Source of the DNA: Basidiobolus meristosporus CBS 931.73
Taxonomy: Eukaryota > Fungi > Basidiobolomycota
Assembly: GCA_002104905.1 (NCBI GenBank)
Contig: MCFE01000091.1
Span: 1 to 64,000, forward strand
Reading direction: 5' to 3'
Length of the DNA: 64,000 nt
Position 1 is the stretch's first letter, and each line of letters opens with the position of its first letter. Positions 1-11,984 of the stretch are shown one piece after another. Made by a program: the position numbers and the translations under genes. The notes beneath the pieces are model-generated. The model did not search any database, was not told the DNA's origin, and saw only the letters and a list, made by a program, of their open reading frames with translations.

Positions 1-287
1 CAAGCAATAGCTGTGTTTTGTTACACCTGCCACTGTTGCCAGGTAAACGCCAAAATTTTTCCAATGCTCCTTGTAACTGCTGGCTTCTAATGCTATTGGG
101 ATAGAGATACAACAACTGCTGCATGATTTATGTGACGGTGAATACTTGATAATACACCACAACTTGAAAGCTCTTAAGTACTACATACATTACATATATT
201 AGTCTGTAAATTGTCAATCTTATCAGTTCAACTTATTACTTGTCAATTCATTGATTTGGGATGGTGGAAATTCTTTATTTACTCAAG

Positions 288-1073
288 TTAGCCATAGGAT
301 GGCAGTGGTGATGGGGGCACAGATAGTGATGATGGGGGAAGTGATAGCAATGAATCAACCTGTGGTATTTTTAAGATGACAATATGACTTGGTCTCTCCG
401 CCTCCATTACAGTTTCTGGTTGGCCTATAGTATCCCCACTCTGCTTCTCCACGTCTTCTTTGCACACTTCCATATCAACCTGCATGGGGGCCATTCTCAT
501 TGTTGTGGAGGATTCTGCTCTTGTCTCTTGGCTTGTGGTAGGTTCAAGGGAGGAAGTAGTATCCCCTCCAATACTGTTGCTTGCAAGTACACCTGGGTTG
601 GAAGATGCACCCTGCTCATTGCTTGCCCTGATGCGGGCAAACTTTTCCACCATTTGTGCCACTAATGCCTCAGTAGAATAGTGGAAACTGAAATCAATTT
701 GGGCTTGAAGTCCAGCAATATCCCAATTTAGCTTTACAATATCACCCCTCCTCTGTTTAATCTCCTGGCACATACGTCGCAATATCTAATGGTGCAATGT
801 TGTCCTATATTCTGGAAGCTCTTGTTGAGCCACTGACAATGCTTGGGAAACTTGGTTGACCAGCTGCCTGGTAGTGACTACAGCAACTTGCTCAGCATCA
901 TCCATGTTTGCTGCAACACCTCCTTCACGCTCCTCTTGGATTTGGCCACTTCCTTGCCCTCTTCCTCTTCTGCACCCGGTTCCGCATCCTCTTCCGCGTC
1001 CTTGTCCCCTTCCTTGCTCTCTTTGTACTCTACCTTCACTCCTGGCATCTACCTGGCTACTGCCTGCTTCCAT
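288..1073 (-). pseudogene. Decayed ORF of unknown origin (possibly TE structural/ORF1-like)
   Basis: ORFs 786..1073 and 288..782 are in the same frame, separated by one TAG (786-788) and an ATA codon. Low-complexity Gly/Arg and Ser/Thr/Glu content; lies in the CpG-depleted block. No recognisable domain. Confidence 0.3.
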
Positions 1074-2149
1074 GCTTCTTGTTTTCTATGAAGGATTATG
1101 TATACTTTCTCCACTTTTATACTCATTTGGATGATGTTGGTGGCCCATTCATCATATCTTTCCCTTGAGGTTACTGAGCTTCTTGCTCCTATGTAACATC
1201 CATCTAGCCAGTATTTGAATCATTTGATGTACACATAAGTTAACTTTATTCTGTTCTTATTAACACCCTTTTATTATATTAAAATTCAAAACTACATTGG
1301 CAAAATTATTTGGTTTCTGTAATTGTCAATTCTTGTTCCGTCTCTTGGCTGTGTAACTGTTTCTCTACCTGATCTAAGAAGTGATGCAATTGACTATCAC
1401 TTAATTTATCAGCCTCTGCCTGATTCTCCTTCATACGCTTATAATCCAAATAAGCCACTTGGAGTACTTTATAGTGAGGCAAAGAAGAACTAAGCTGAAG
1501 TTTGTTTTGGAACTGCTCAATTGCATTGGTTTGTTTTCTCCTCAGGACAACTGAGTCATCTGCCAATTTTTTCCAAGTTTTCTCCAGGTATTTGGGACTT
1601 CCAAAGGTACCACTACCAGAACTGGTAATTGTACTGCTCTTCTTGCCACAATCTTTGTCTATAGTAGACTCTTGGTCTTCCTTTGGAGTGTGAGGACTGC
1701 TATGGTAGGGGCAGCTTCCTCTTTTGGTCTTGATCCCCAAGTAGCGGTCCTTAAGCTTTCCCCTCATGACTTGTTTATTGTCCATGTTGGTGCTCTACTT
1801 GGTGGAGTGTCAGTGAGTGCTGTTTAACTACTAGTTGTTCTCTTCTGTCCTGTAGATTTATATTACTTTCATATACACTTACTTCATCACATTTCACTTT
1901 TGCCTCTCTTGTGACTGTACTCTGGTTTCATTCCTTGACGGCTAGACAAAACCAAGGCCACCGCATATTGGGTGTGGTGGTTTAGTGATCAAAGAGCAAG
2001 CTATTGATACTAATATTGATTTTGAGCTTATTGTCTAGGAATTTCTTGGAACCAACTAGAGTAAATAGTTACTCAATAATTCACATAGTACCACTATTTG
2101 CACATCAATACTTGCTAACAACAAAGCAATGCTTTTCTATGATGTTCCA

Positions 2150-2940
2150 TTCCCACGCGGCTGTTTGTTCATAGTCTGTACAATACACAAGTGAGCGTTT
2201 AAAGTAAGCATCCACACTACTTTCTGGGGGTATGGTTACTGTGCACTATAAAAGTGAGTTAGGAACTCATGTAAACTATCATGATGAAAAATAAAAGCAC
2301 TTTATTACCGTGCGGCTGATGATTGATAACTCCTGCTAGACACAAGTAAGCGTAGCAAGTGGGTATCCTTAAAACCTGTTGGGGTATGGTTACCGCACAC
2401 TATGAAAGTGCATTAAGGACTCATGTAAAAATATCATGATGAAAAATAAAAGCACTTTATTACCGCATGGCTGATGATTCATAACTCCCGCTAGACACAA
2501 GTAAATGTAGCAAGTGGATATCCTTAAAACCTGTTGGGGTATGGTTACCGCGCACTATGAAAGTGCAATAAGGACTCATGTAAAACTATCATGATGAAAA
2601 ATAAAAGCACTTTATTACCACGTGGCTGATGATTGATAACTCCTGCTAGACACAAGTAAACGTAGCAAGTGGGTATCCTTAAAACCTGTTGGGGTATGGT
2701 TACCGCGCACTATGAAAGTGCATTAGGGATTCATACAAAACTAGCATGATGAAAAATAAAAGCATTTCAGTATTGCGTGGCTGATGATTGATGGCTCCCG
2801 CTAGACACAAGTAGATGTAGCTAGTGGACATCCTTAAAACCTGTTGGGGTATGGCTACTGCGTACTTTCAAAGTGTGTTAGGAACTCATGAAAAACTATC
2901 ATGATGAAAAATAAAGGCACTTTTGTACCACGTGGCTAAG
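2150..2940. repeat. 155-bp tandem repeat (about 5 copies)
   Basis: GGGGTATGG anchor recurs at 2227, 2381, 2536, 2691 and 2846 (periods 154, 155, 155, 155), with a diverged partial copy from ~2150. Confidence 0.95.
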
Positions 2941-3453
2941 TTTTACAATTCCCGCAGGATACATGTGCGCATAGAGCATAAGTAGTAGTCGCAATGGTGT
3001 CAAATAAAGTTTCTATTATAGCCATAATATATATTGAACTTTGGGATACACTTTATATTTGGTAAAAGCAATTGGGTTACAGAAAATTTGTATTGGCCAT
3101 GAATTTTTTTATCATATTAGGGCCGTGCAATTTATGGTGCCCAAAGCTTATCAAATATGGGATTGTGGCCAGATTGGGATGAATCCCATTAATTATTAGA
3201 TATACATTAAAAGTAACAATTTATTAATTAAATAGTCATCAAGACTTATACAGAGCATATGGACAGTATAGGGAGACAAATATTGGCCCAGACATGCCCA
3301 CCATATGAGCAGACAATGTGCCAATTGTAGGGTAAAAATATTTATGGTTAGGGTGATAAGGGTTAGGAGGAGGAATTCTAACCCTAAGGGACCAGAATCA
3401 AGAATGAGAGAAAAGTAATCCAACTGGAATTTAAAGAGTATGGGAGCAGTATT

Positions 3454-3522
3454 GGGGATTGCATCCCCCAAACCCCCTGCTTTTTTATTCTCTAGGGGAC
3501 TGCATCCCCCAGACCCCCTGCT
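3454..3522. repeat. Duplicated GC-rich hairpin motif GGGGAYTGCATCCCCCARACCCCCTGCT
   Basis: Two near-identical 28-nt copies (3454-3481, 3495-3522), each with a GGGGA/TCCCC stem. Confidence 0.8.
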
Positions 3523-4558
3523 CTTCTAATCTTTTCCTAGCCCTTACTATAACACCTACACCCTCATATTCAACTTGGTGTTTACTTTGGGAATCTTCTA
3601 TTCCCAGCTGGCTTCTTTGTTTGTAGTTAGACTTGTCAGAAATCAAATAAAGATTTCACCTTCCTTGGTGCCTTTCCCTCCCCTGAAAACCCATGTTGGC
3701 CTGTCTAAAGTACTTAACAAATATTTGGCAGCAATATCTAAAGCCACATACTCCCACTATGATGAACATCAATACATATCATGTTTCCCTTATTAAAGAT
3801 GTTGCTCACAATTTATTCTTACCCCTCTAGCTACCCCCCCCCTCCCACTGAACAGTGTCTTGAGCACTGAAGAGCTATCATTTCTCCTCAGTAACCACCT
3901 ACAAATTCCTCCCATCTACACACTATTGTATAAAAGCTACAACAGTAGCGCTGGCTTCTTTGTTTTGGCTGAAATCAAGATTCTACTTGCGGTAACTGCC
4001 TCCCTGCTGACCCTTATATTCTAATTCCCACTCACACTTAGCATACCAAGCACTTCCAAGAATACTGATCCTAGCCTGCATAGCAATTTAACTCCATTGC
4101 CTTTAAAGCCAAACTCAGCTATATCCTAGCCCAATATTAGACCAGAATCTTCCTGCAAATATTTCTGCCACTTCAGGAATTCTGAGATTTTGCACATAAT
4201 TGTCCCTTTGGTTGATTTAAACTATGCAAGTGATTTATTACAATTTTCTCTTGGATACAACAAATACTTGCCAGGTAAGTACCTTTGGATCACAGAGAGT
4301 TGAACCAAAGAATTGTATTATTGTATTTGCACTAAGGAAGGGTAAACATACCTTTCACAGACCAGCTTAGCCATATAGCTGCTTTAGCACACTTATCTTT
4401 ATTTATCTTATCATTATTCTCACATTCTTCTTTGCCCGTATTATTAGTATTTTCCTCATAGGATATTTACCCTGATAGTTGTTAGCATTAGTTGTCACTA
4501 GTGCTATTCAGCTTTGTAATCAGCAGATGTGTTTACATTATGTAAGTACCCAAGTCAG

Positions 4559-4906
4559 TGTTGTAAGAGTCTGGGAGATATTGGAAGTGATTGGGAGAAC
4601 AAGTAGATTGTGTGGTTTTCACCTAATGATTTATTGAATGTGAAAGTATGAATACTACTTTTACATGGTCTTGGCATTACAAACGCATAGAATAGGCTAA
4701 GGAAGGTCCCAAGAATATGTGTGCAAAGTTTGGGGCTGTTTTGAGAACTTTGAAAAATTTCATGTTCTGGGTGCCTGGTATTTTGGTGAAAACTTTCTAA
4801 GTAAATCCCAACAAGAATTTTGGTCAGTACTCTCTAGGATTTGAAGGTAATGATATAAGTGACTAAGTTAGGTGAGTATTTAGAAGGAATTCCAAATTTT
4901 CTAACA
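4559..4906. mobile_element. Solo-LTR-like element with 5-bp TSD
   Basis: Starts TGTTGTAAG, ends TTCTAACA (TG...CA termini); flanked on both sides by GTCAG (4554-4558, 4907-4911). Similar sequence recurs at 8.7-9.1, 28.9-30.1 and 35.2-35.5 kb. Confidence 0.85.
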
Positions 4907-6479
4907 GTCAGTACCTGTGACACAGGATCCATATCTGTGGTACCATTCCTACTATTTCAACAGCTAACAAGGTACTTCTATGTTACACATGTTTCAGACT
5001 ACTGATCCCTGAAGAGTAGGATGTGCTGTGTCTTTTAGAAATTTCCAAGTCCTTCTTAGAGTATTTTTAGCTCATAGTGATGTCATCATGAATTCTACAG
5101 ATACCTGGAATCTTCTAGAACCTTGACATTGGTAGTTGCTTGGCAATTGGGAAAAGTATTTAAGGGAAGTCAATCCCTCAACAATAGGTCATCCTCTTTA
5201 TCATTAACACTTTCCCCTTATAGATTAGTGGCTGATCACTGCACCTACCCCCTATAAAAAATCTCAAAGTTGGAATTCATCTGGTATTCAGCTGGTGTTT
5301 TTTGATTAATTTTTCAATTGCAATTTCTGATGGGAGTAGTGGGAAGCTAATTATTACATTTGAAGTAAATGCTAGTTGGCCTAGTCTCCTGTTGGAAATC
5401 TTGTCTGCTTGTGTGCCTTACTGCAAAAGCCTGAGATATTTAGGGTTGTCAGTTTTGAGAAACTTGAAATTCAGGCATTATTATTATGGTTGTCTACTGG
5501 TCTTTTCTTAGTCTTTTTCTTAGGTTATCTTTGATAGTAGCACTTCAGACTTGCCATCAAGGAGCTTTTCAGGGTAGTGCAAAAGACACACAGAGGTCTT
5601 TGGAGACACTTGGAGCACCAAGGAAGCTAGAGGAGCAGGAGCCTTTACCATAGTGACATACAGACAGAAACACCAGTAGCTTAGACCCAGAGGTTATTGC
5701 ACCCATTGGACCCCTCACCCACCTTCAGTTGTGGTGCCTCACCCAGGAGTACCTTTACACCACCACAGTGCAAATGGCCTTCCAGTCAGGACTCAGTCAA
5801 TTAGTACCAAACCTACCAAGAAATACTCCAGACCATGTTTTTGTTAGCCATAGTGCTGCTGGCAGTTGGTTATCTTAATATTTTCCTCTTAATGACCTCA
5901 AAGATTATACACATATGCTAGCTGAGTTATCTTTTAGCTGGGCTCCTACAATCCCATTATCTAGTTCAGACTCTACCAAGCTCTTTCTGTAACCTCAAGA
6001 TAAGCCTATCTTCAAAAATCTTATTCTGACACAATATACCTTGAAGTCAACTCCTATCAGAGCTGCTTGGAGGATGACAGATTTGCTACATGTTCCAGTC
6101 CTAGCCCAGACAAAGTAGTGGCAATAGATGCCATATAAATAATATCTGACTCTATTTTTGTGTTAACTTGCAAATGCTGCCTAGAGAGCAACTCTGTACA
6201 GCATTTATGAAGCCAGCCTCACCATACCGCAAAGCAGTTGTTTGCTAGGTAAAGCTCCTCTAGTACAGCAAGTAAGGCTGCAATGCTTTTTAAAAACTCT
6301 CAAAAGTCTCAGTGCCCCAGCTGTTGTATCAATTCCAGAGATTGCAATGTATCTGCTTTAAACAATGCTGTGCTTGATTTTAAGCAAGTTTCTCCAATGC
6401 CTGCTAACATAGATCCTAATGGTATCTGTATACTACCAAGTGGTATACATAACAGAGGCCTGCTTTCTACTTCTGAATG

Positions 6480-7900
6480 GTTTACTCCCAGTGCATTACT
6501 GCCTGTGATTCAGAAGTATCCATCATCCAAGTCTGCAGGAGAGGTTCCTATGCACTCCAGGATAAGCAGAGTTTTATGTGAATCATCAGCATTTTCTGAT
6601 GATTTATTAAAGCCATTCCTCTTCTGCCTAAGGTGCAGCTGTACTCTGTTAAAGTGAACCATTTTGCACATATATCCCATTGCAAAGAAATCTTGTTCAA
6701 CAAGAATTTATATATTTTGGCCTGTGTCAGTAACAGCCATGTACAGTAGATAATTTGAGGCATTTACACTCCATTATATGAGCTCCATAACTTGCTCTCA
6801 ATCTCATTACTTGGCTTTAGAAAGGGCTACTATTCAATATTGCAATTGGTGATATCTCACAATGCATTTCATCTATCAGGGTTCTACCTTTAGCCTAACA
6901 GAGTGTTTACAGAAGTAAAGCAGGCCTATGATACAGTAGTAATCCTTGTGCTTATGAAGAAGCTATGGCTACCAGGGGCCACACATCAGCATCTGAGGCT
7001 AATCCACTCACTATTCTCTTCCTGTTGTTCTACAGTGAGAATTAATGGTGTGCAATCATCACTCTTTCCAACATGCAGTGGTCTATTGCAGGGATCACCA
7101 CTTTCTTATATTCTTTTTGTCTTTACATTGATGATTTGGCAAAGGAGTTAGCTTACAATGACTTTTTATACACTGTCCCATCTGCATTGCTATTTGCAGA
7201 TGATATTAAGTTGCTCCCTTGGAGTTTTGATCATGCAAATATGCTGCTGAGCTGTGACCAGAATTGGTGCATTAGGAATGCTATTATAATGAATTTACAG
7301 AAGCCAAGCTACATTGAGCCCAATCAAAGTGAGAATTTCTTGTTATGCAATTCCAGACTACCAAAACCCAAGTCATATGACTATGTAGGTCTTCTGGTTA
7401 GCCAAGAAGGTATGGATTGGCCAATGTGTGTAGAAGGGAGTGTTTCTAAAACTTCAAATTCAATGAAGCTACCTCAGCTCAAGGGTACCAGATTGCCACC
7501 TCTGATTAGGTAGCACCTATTCAGGGCTTTCATTTTGTCTTGGTGGGAGCTTGCAACCCCAAGGATGCAGTTATCACTCCAAAATTCTCAATGGTAACAA
7601 CTTGCACAGATTCAAGCACACTCGCCTGGATGGGTTTTCATTGCCTCTGTATATCACTCAAAATAGTACTGTAGGCTCATTCCAAGTCTTTGTGTTATAG
7701 CAGCCATATCTTACAGGCTTGTGACTCTTAGGACTAGATCTGGCATGCATTATGCTAAGTCCTTCCTAGAAATTCATTAAGCAGCTAAGTGAATATTATT
7801 CAGTCTCAGAAAGTAGTAACCTCTTCAGGCTTATTAATTTCACAAAATATACACAAGCCAGATAGCTACAAGATGTACCTAGCTCACAATGCTGGTCTTT
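6480..7900 (+). pseudogene. Degenerate non-LTR retrotransposon (LINE) reverse transcriptase
   Basis: RT motifs in broken frames: KSAG (6529-6540), PIAK...WPVS (PI.K...YRPIS-like), KQAYDTV, STVRING, GLLQGSPLS..LF, LYIDDLA, LLFADDI. Multiple stops and frameshifts. Ends approximate. Confidence 0.85.
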
Positions 7901-8726
7901 CAACTAATTGTCAAATACCATATACCCTTGCAATGACTGATAGTAAGCTCTACATATTTCCAGAGCCACTAGCCCAAGGGACAGAGTGGTATAAATTGCA
8001 GTTAGTAGTTGCCACATGCGCAGCCATGCAGATATCTCATTGAATATGGTTGAAACTTGCTTTGAATTCCAGGCTATCAGATGGAGAATGAGCATGCTAT
8101 GTTTAAGGCCTAAATATCAGATATGTCAGAAATGGCTCCACTTCACTAATGCAGACAAATGCTTTGGATTCAAGGATACCAATGCACTTTTTCAATATCA
8201 CTACCAAAATCTTAGCAACTACAGCATTCAGTTTTGATATCAGCAGTAAGGCCAGAGTATTTATAGATTAGACTATATTAGATGCCATCCCTTCCCTGTT
8301 CTGAAGTGCATCCCATATTGATTCCAATTACCCCCTGTTTTATGTGGCAAGAATACTATTTTATTTGTCAAGTACTTTATATGAGATCTCCAATAAAGTG
8401 TTTACAAACCTAACCCTAAGGTGACTGTCTCCCAATAACCCATATCTTGATAGCATCATTCCAGGCTTTTGCTGTAATATTGATTGTTCAGACAAGCATC
8501 ATTAATGATTTGTAATTTTCCTGAAACCCCTAAGCTTTCTCTTCTCCCAAGAAGAACTTCATTGCATTCATTGCAACAGTGGCCAAGAAACTAGGTTTAA
8601 GTAAGATTACTGACTTGAGAGATTAAATGCTTCTAACTGGCTTATTTTTTTAGCATTAATAATTTTTTGTCACTGCTTGGCTAAAATAAAAATTGCACTG
8701 TAGTGGTGACTTTCCATAACCCTAAC

Positions 8727-9122
8727 TGTAAGTTAGGTGGATATTTAGGTGAAAATACATATTTTACAATACTTGGGATCTTTCCTAAGCATATTCTCTG
8801 TGTTTGCTTTTCCAAGTCTATGCAAGAGTTCAAATACCACTTTTACATTCACCTGATTGTTAAGTGAGAGCCACATAATCTGCTTGTTCTCCCAGCCACT
8901 TTCAGTATCCCCAAAACCCTCACAACACCAAGACCATGTGGGCAAAGTTTGGGGGTGTTTGGACAAATTTGAGAAATTTTATGTTCTAGGTACCTTTTTT
9001 TTAAGAAAATATATAAGTAAATCCCAACAAGGAATTTGGCCAGATTTCTCTAAGATTTGTAGACAATGATTTAAGTGACTAAGTCAAGTGAATATTTAGG
9101 TGTAATTACAAAATTTGTAACA
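8727..9122. mobile_element. Rearranged fragments of the solo-LTR-like family
   Basis: Contains family blocks in both orientations (GCCACATAATCTGCTTGTTCTCCC...CACAACA; AAGTAAATCCCAACAAGGAATTTGG...TTTAGGTGTAATTACAAAATTTGTAACA). Confidence 0.75.
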
Positions 9123-9869
9123 TGAACTCAAAGTCAAAAAAAGTGACCCTAAAGGCCCCTAGTATTCCTGGCATCTCATAATGTATTGCAGTATTCATAT
9201 TTATAAAGTCCTACAGGAAGTATTGATATTTAATTTTGACTCACCAAATTACGTGCAAATCACTTAAGGTTAAATCAAACTATGTGCAAATCACATCCAA
9301 GGCGTGATTCTACTTCATTACATTGCCCCTTCCTTTATATCACAATATATGAGTGATCATAGGCATATAGGACTCATGATCTGCAGACGACCCGTAGCTC
9401 TATTCACCGATATCACAATTACGACTAGCGCATATTAAAGGGCTAATCTTAGGTACGATGTGGTACAGATTCCTACAGGAGCATAATGACAGCTATAGCA
9501 ACATTGAGCATCAAGTACTTTGACCCTTATTCTGCATCGCCCACTGACCATATCAGTAAGTATGAATCTTTACTGTCATATCGGCCATGAGCTAAGCAAG
9601 TAGTAATTGCAGCCGAGATAACGCCACTATTGTAAGCCTGGTAGTGTTCGATGCAATCGTGGTTGTTTTGCTCTTAGACATTTACCAGCATAATTATCAT
9701 GGAGGACCTAGGTTTTCATCAATTGAGAGCATCTCTGCCATATATAATCCAACCCTAGTCATAGACTTCCTGCATAGTCAATGAACCGTAAGTTAAAATA
9801 GCTTCAAATATTTAATTGCAATGAGTACTTTGTTATACTCAGGGTTAGGGCATTGGATGACTAGGAACA

Positions 9870-10856
9870 TCATTGAATATTGGCAAACCAGGCAGCAATG
9901 TCCCCAACGTTCCTGTCAACACAGTCAGGCTGGTCATAGTGCTGAAAGTGAGAGACATCATTGTTCCAAATGAGCTTCTTGTTTGGCGTAGGGATAGAGT
10001 CAAAATGACGTTTCGCTGCTGGAGCGTTCATACAATTATCTCCATGGATGATCAACGCAGGCTTGTTAAGTCTCGCTACCCCGGGAACAGTAGTGTACTC
10101 GAAATGGTCCAGATCACTCATAACCGCATAACGATTTTCGAAATTCTTCAGCGTCCACGGACCATACCACGACCAAACCACCGGTCCTGGAAGCCCCGCC
10201 AGCGACCCAGCGTCAGGATCAGCAGCCTTAGGGTCAACCAAAGGATGATACACCACTTCTCCTGTCTTCTCGTAAATCTCTCGAGCCTGCTTCGCTCTCT
10301 CAATGCGTATCTTATAGAGGACTTCCCCTTGTTCAGGGGTTGGCATCTTCATGGAACTGATATCAGCACCAGGCTCCCAGGCAACACATCCAGCACAAAT
10401 CATATACACATCTGTCTCGTGATCCCGGAAATAACCAGACACCGAGGCTACCCCAAGGACTCGATCATCGTACGAAGCAATATCGAGTGACTCTGGTCCT
10501 CCCTGGCAGATGCCGACCAAGAAGAGTCTTGATTTATCCACATCGCCTCGGCTGATCAGGTAGTCCAGCCCAGCGACAGCATCCTCGTTCTTCATTTTTG
10601 GGTTTTCCATTCGCCTTGGCTCTCTAGTGCTCTCTCCAACGGTACGCGGATCGAAGATGAGGGCGGCATAGCCTTCATCGGCCAAGCGAGTGGCGTACTG
10701 CAGTGGGGCCTGCTCCTTGATGAAAGAGTAAGGACCAATGATCACGACACCGGGCGGGTTGTTAACACCGGTGGGTTTGTAAAGAACCCCGGCCACTGTC
10801 TCTCCGTGAGATGGGTAGGTCACCTTCTCAGTAGTATATCTACCATGGACGGGCAT
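9870..10856 (-). CDS. Alpha/beta-fold hydrolase with Cys nucleophile (YcjY/COG1073-like), intronless
   Basis: 328-aa single ORF; FDPRTVGES, nucleophile elbow G-I-C-Q-G-G, IIHG and a C-terminal SHFQHYD His motif. Confidence 0.8.
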   Translation of the reverse strand: MPVHGRYTTEKVTYPSHGETVAGVLYKPTGVNNPPGVVIIGPYSFIKEQAPLQYATRLADEGYAALIFDPRTVGESTREPRRMENPKMKNEDAVAGLDYLISRGDVDKSRLFLVGICQGGPESLDIASYDDRVLGVASVSGYFRDHETDVYMICAGCVAWEPGADISSMKMPTPEQGEVLYKIRIERAKQAREIYEKTGEVVYHPLVDPKAADPDAGSLAGLPGPVVWSWYGPWTLKNFENRYAVMSDLDHFEYTTVPGVARLNKPALIIHGDNCMNAPAAKRHFDSIPTPNKKLIWNNDVSHFQHYDQPDCVDRNVGDIAAWFANIQ

Positions 10857-11984
10857 GTTGACTTGTCTCTTTGCTTTGTAAGGTTACCAGGTTTAGTGCT
10901 ATTCGATCTGTTGGCCCTTATTTATTTCTTTGGCCTTTCGGCGATGATCACCCTAGCATTGATATCTCCGAAGGGTGTGGCATACAACTGAGCATATCTT
11001 AGGATGTTATCGCCGAAAAAGAGTGAACTCAGATGTTACTAACGCCGATATCACGGGGTAGATCGAAACAGCAAATCAAGTTGCTGCAAAACATGAGACC
11101 AGATTGGCTGGTGAGGCTGGAAAGTGGCTGATTCAATGAAGTGGCTCGTCTTCATCTACCCCTATCCTTCTTGCTTCATTTAGAGCTTTTTATAATAACT
11201 TACTAATATTTCATATACTTCAATTCATGCCAACTACACTTTTAGTTAGTGGCTTAGTCCTCCTCACTTGGTGCACACTCTGTCATCAACCAACTTTTTG
11301 CTAATTAATTTTCTTTCAATATAGAACTGGAAAAGGCCTCAAATGTAGTGTGGTATGTATGCTTGAGCTCGAAGATTTCTTTTTCTCAGCCCATTGACTG
11401 CTTGGCAGATGGGCTACCGTGCAGTAGATTCAATAACACACTATGGTTTTATTCTGCATCTTGCACCACCTCCAGAGCCTTGTAGCCAATTTGATAGACC
11501 TTTGCACTATGCACAGATGTACTAGTTCTAGTCAACCACACATCAACTAAATACTGAGAATCTCCTATTGAAGTCTACATGTGTAGAAATGATTACTACA
11601 CGAACTGATGATCAAGCAAATAATAGACCCTAGGCCTATACCTCAATTTATCATAGTGGAAGAGTAGAGCGGTCTGATGGGTATATAAAAGTTACCAGTT
11701 GGCATATGTATCGGAAATATGAGAATAATCCTTGCACTCTTGTTGGTTGCTATGGTCTCTTCGACTATTATTCCTATTGCTTAGGATTTTCCAGTGATAA
11801 GCACTGCAAGTAGCATATTCAACTAATCATCATAAAGTCAACATGAATATATATTGCATGCCAAAATTGGATCAAACATAGGATTAATTCTCACAAACAA
11901 ATGTGGTACCGCACAATAAAATTGTAATACAACGATGAATTTACATGATATTGATGACAAGTGAATATGAAAGCGGGACTAGGA

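Noticed and set aside
2227-2940. Hammerhead ribozyme or box C/D snoRNA array in the 155-bp repeat (each unit has CTGATGA, GAAA, ATGATGA...CTGA)
   Set aside because: Manual folding fails: no stem II in register after CTGATGA, stem III needs a bulge, and only 28 nt separate the C-like and D-like boxes with no proper terminal stem. A covariance-model search would settle it.
2150-2940. CRISPR array
   Set aside because: Whole units repeat with no unique spacers, no cas genes, and the context is eukaryotic.
3345-3390. Telomere-like TTAGGG/CCCTAA hexamers (also near 8410, 8720, 9845, 36565, 39590)
   Set aside because: Only one or two imperfect units each; no array.
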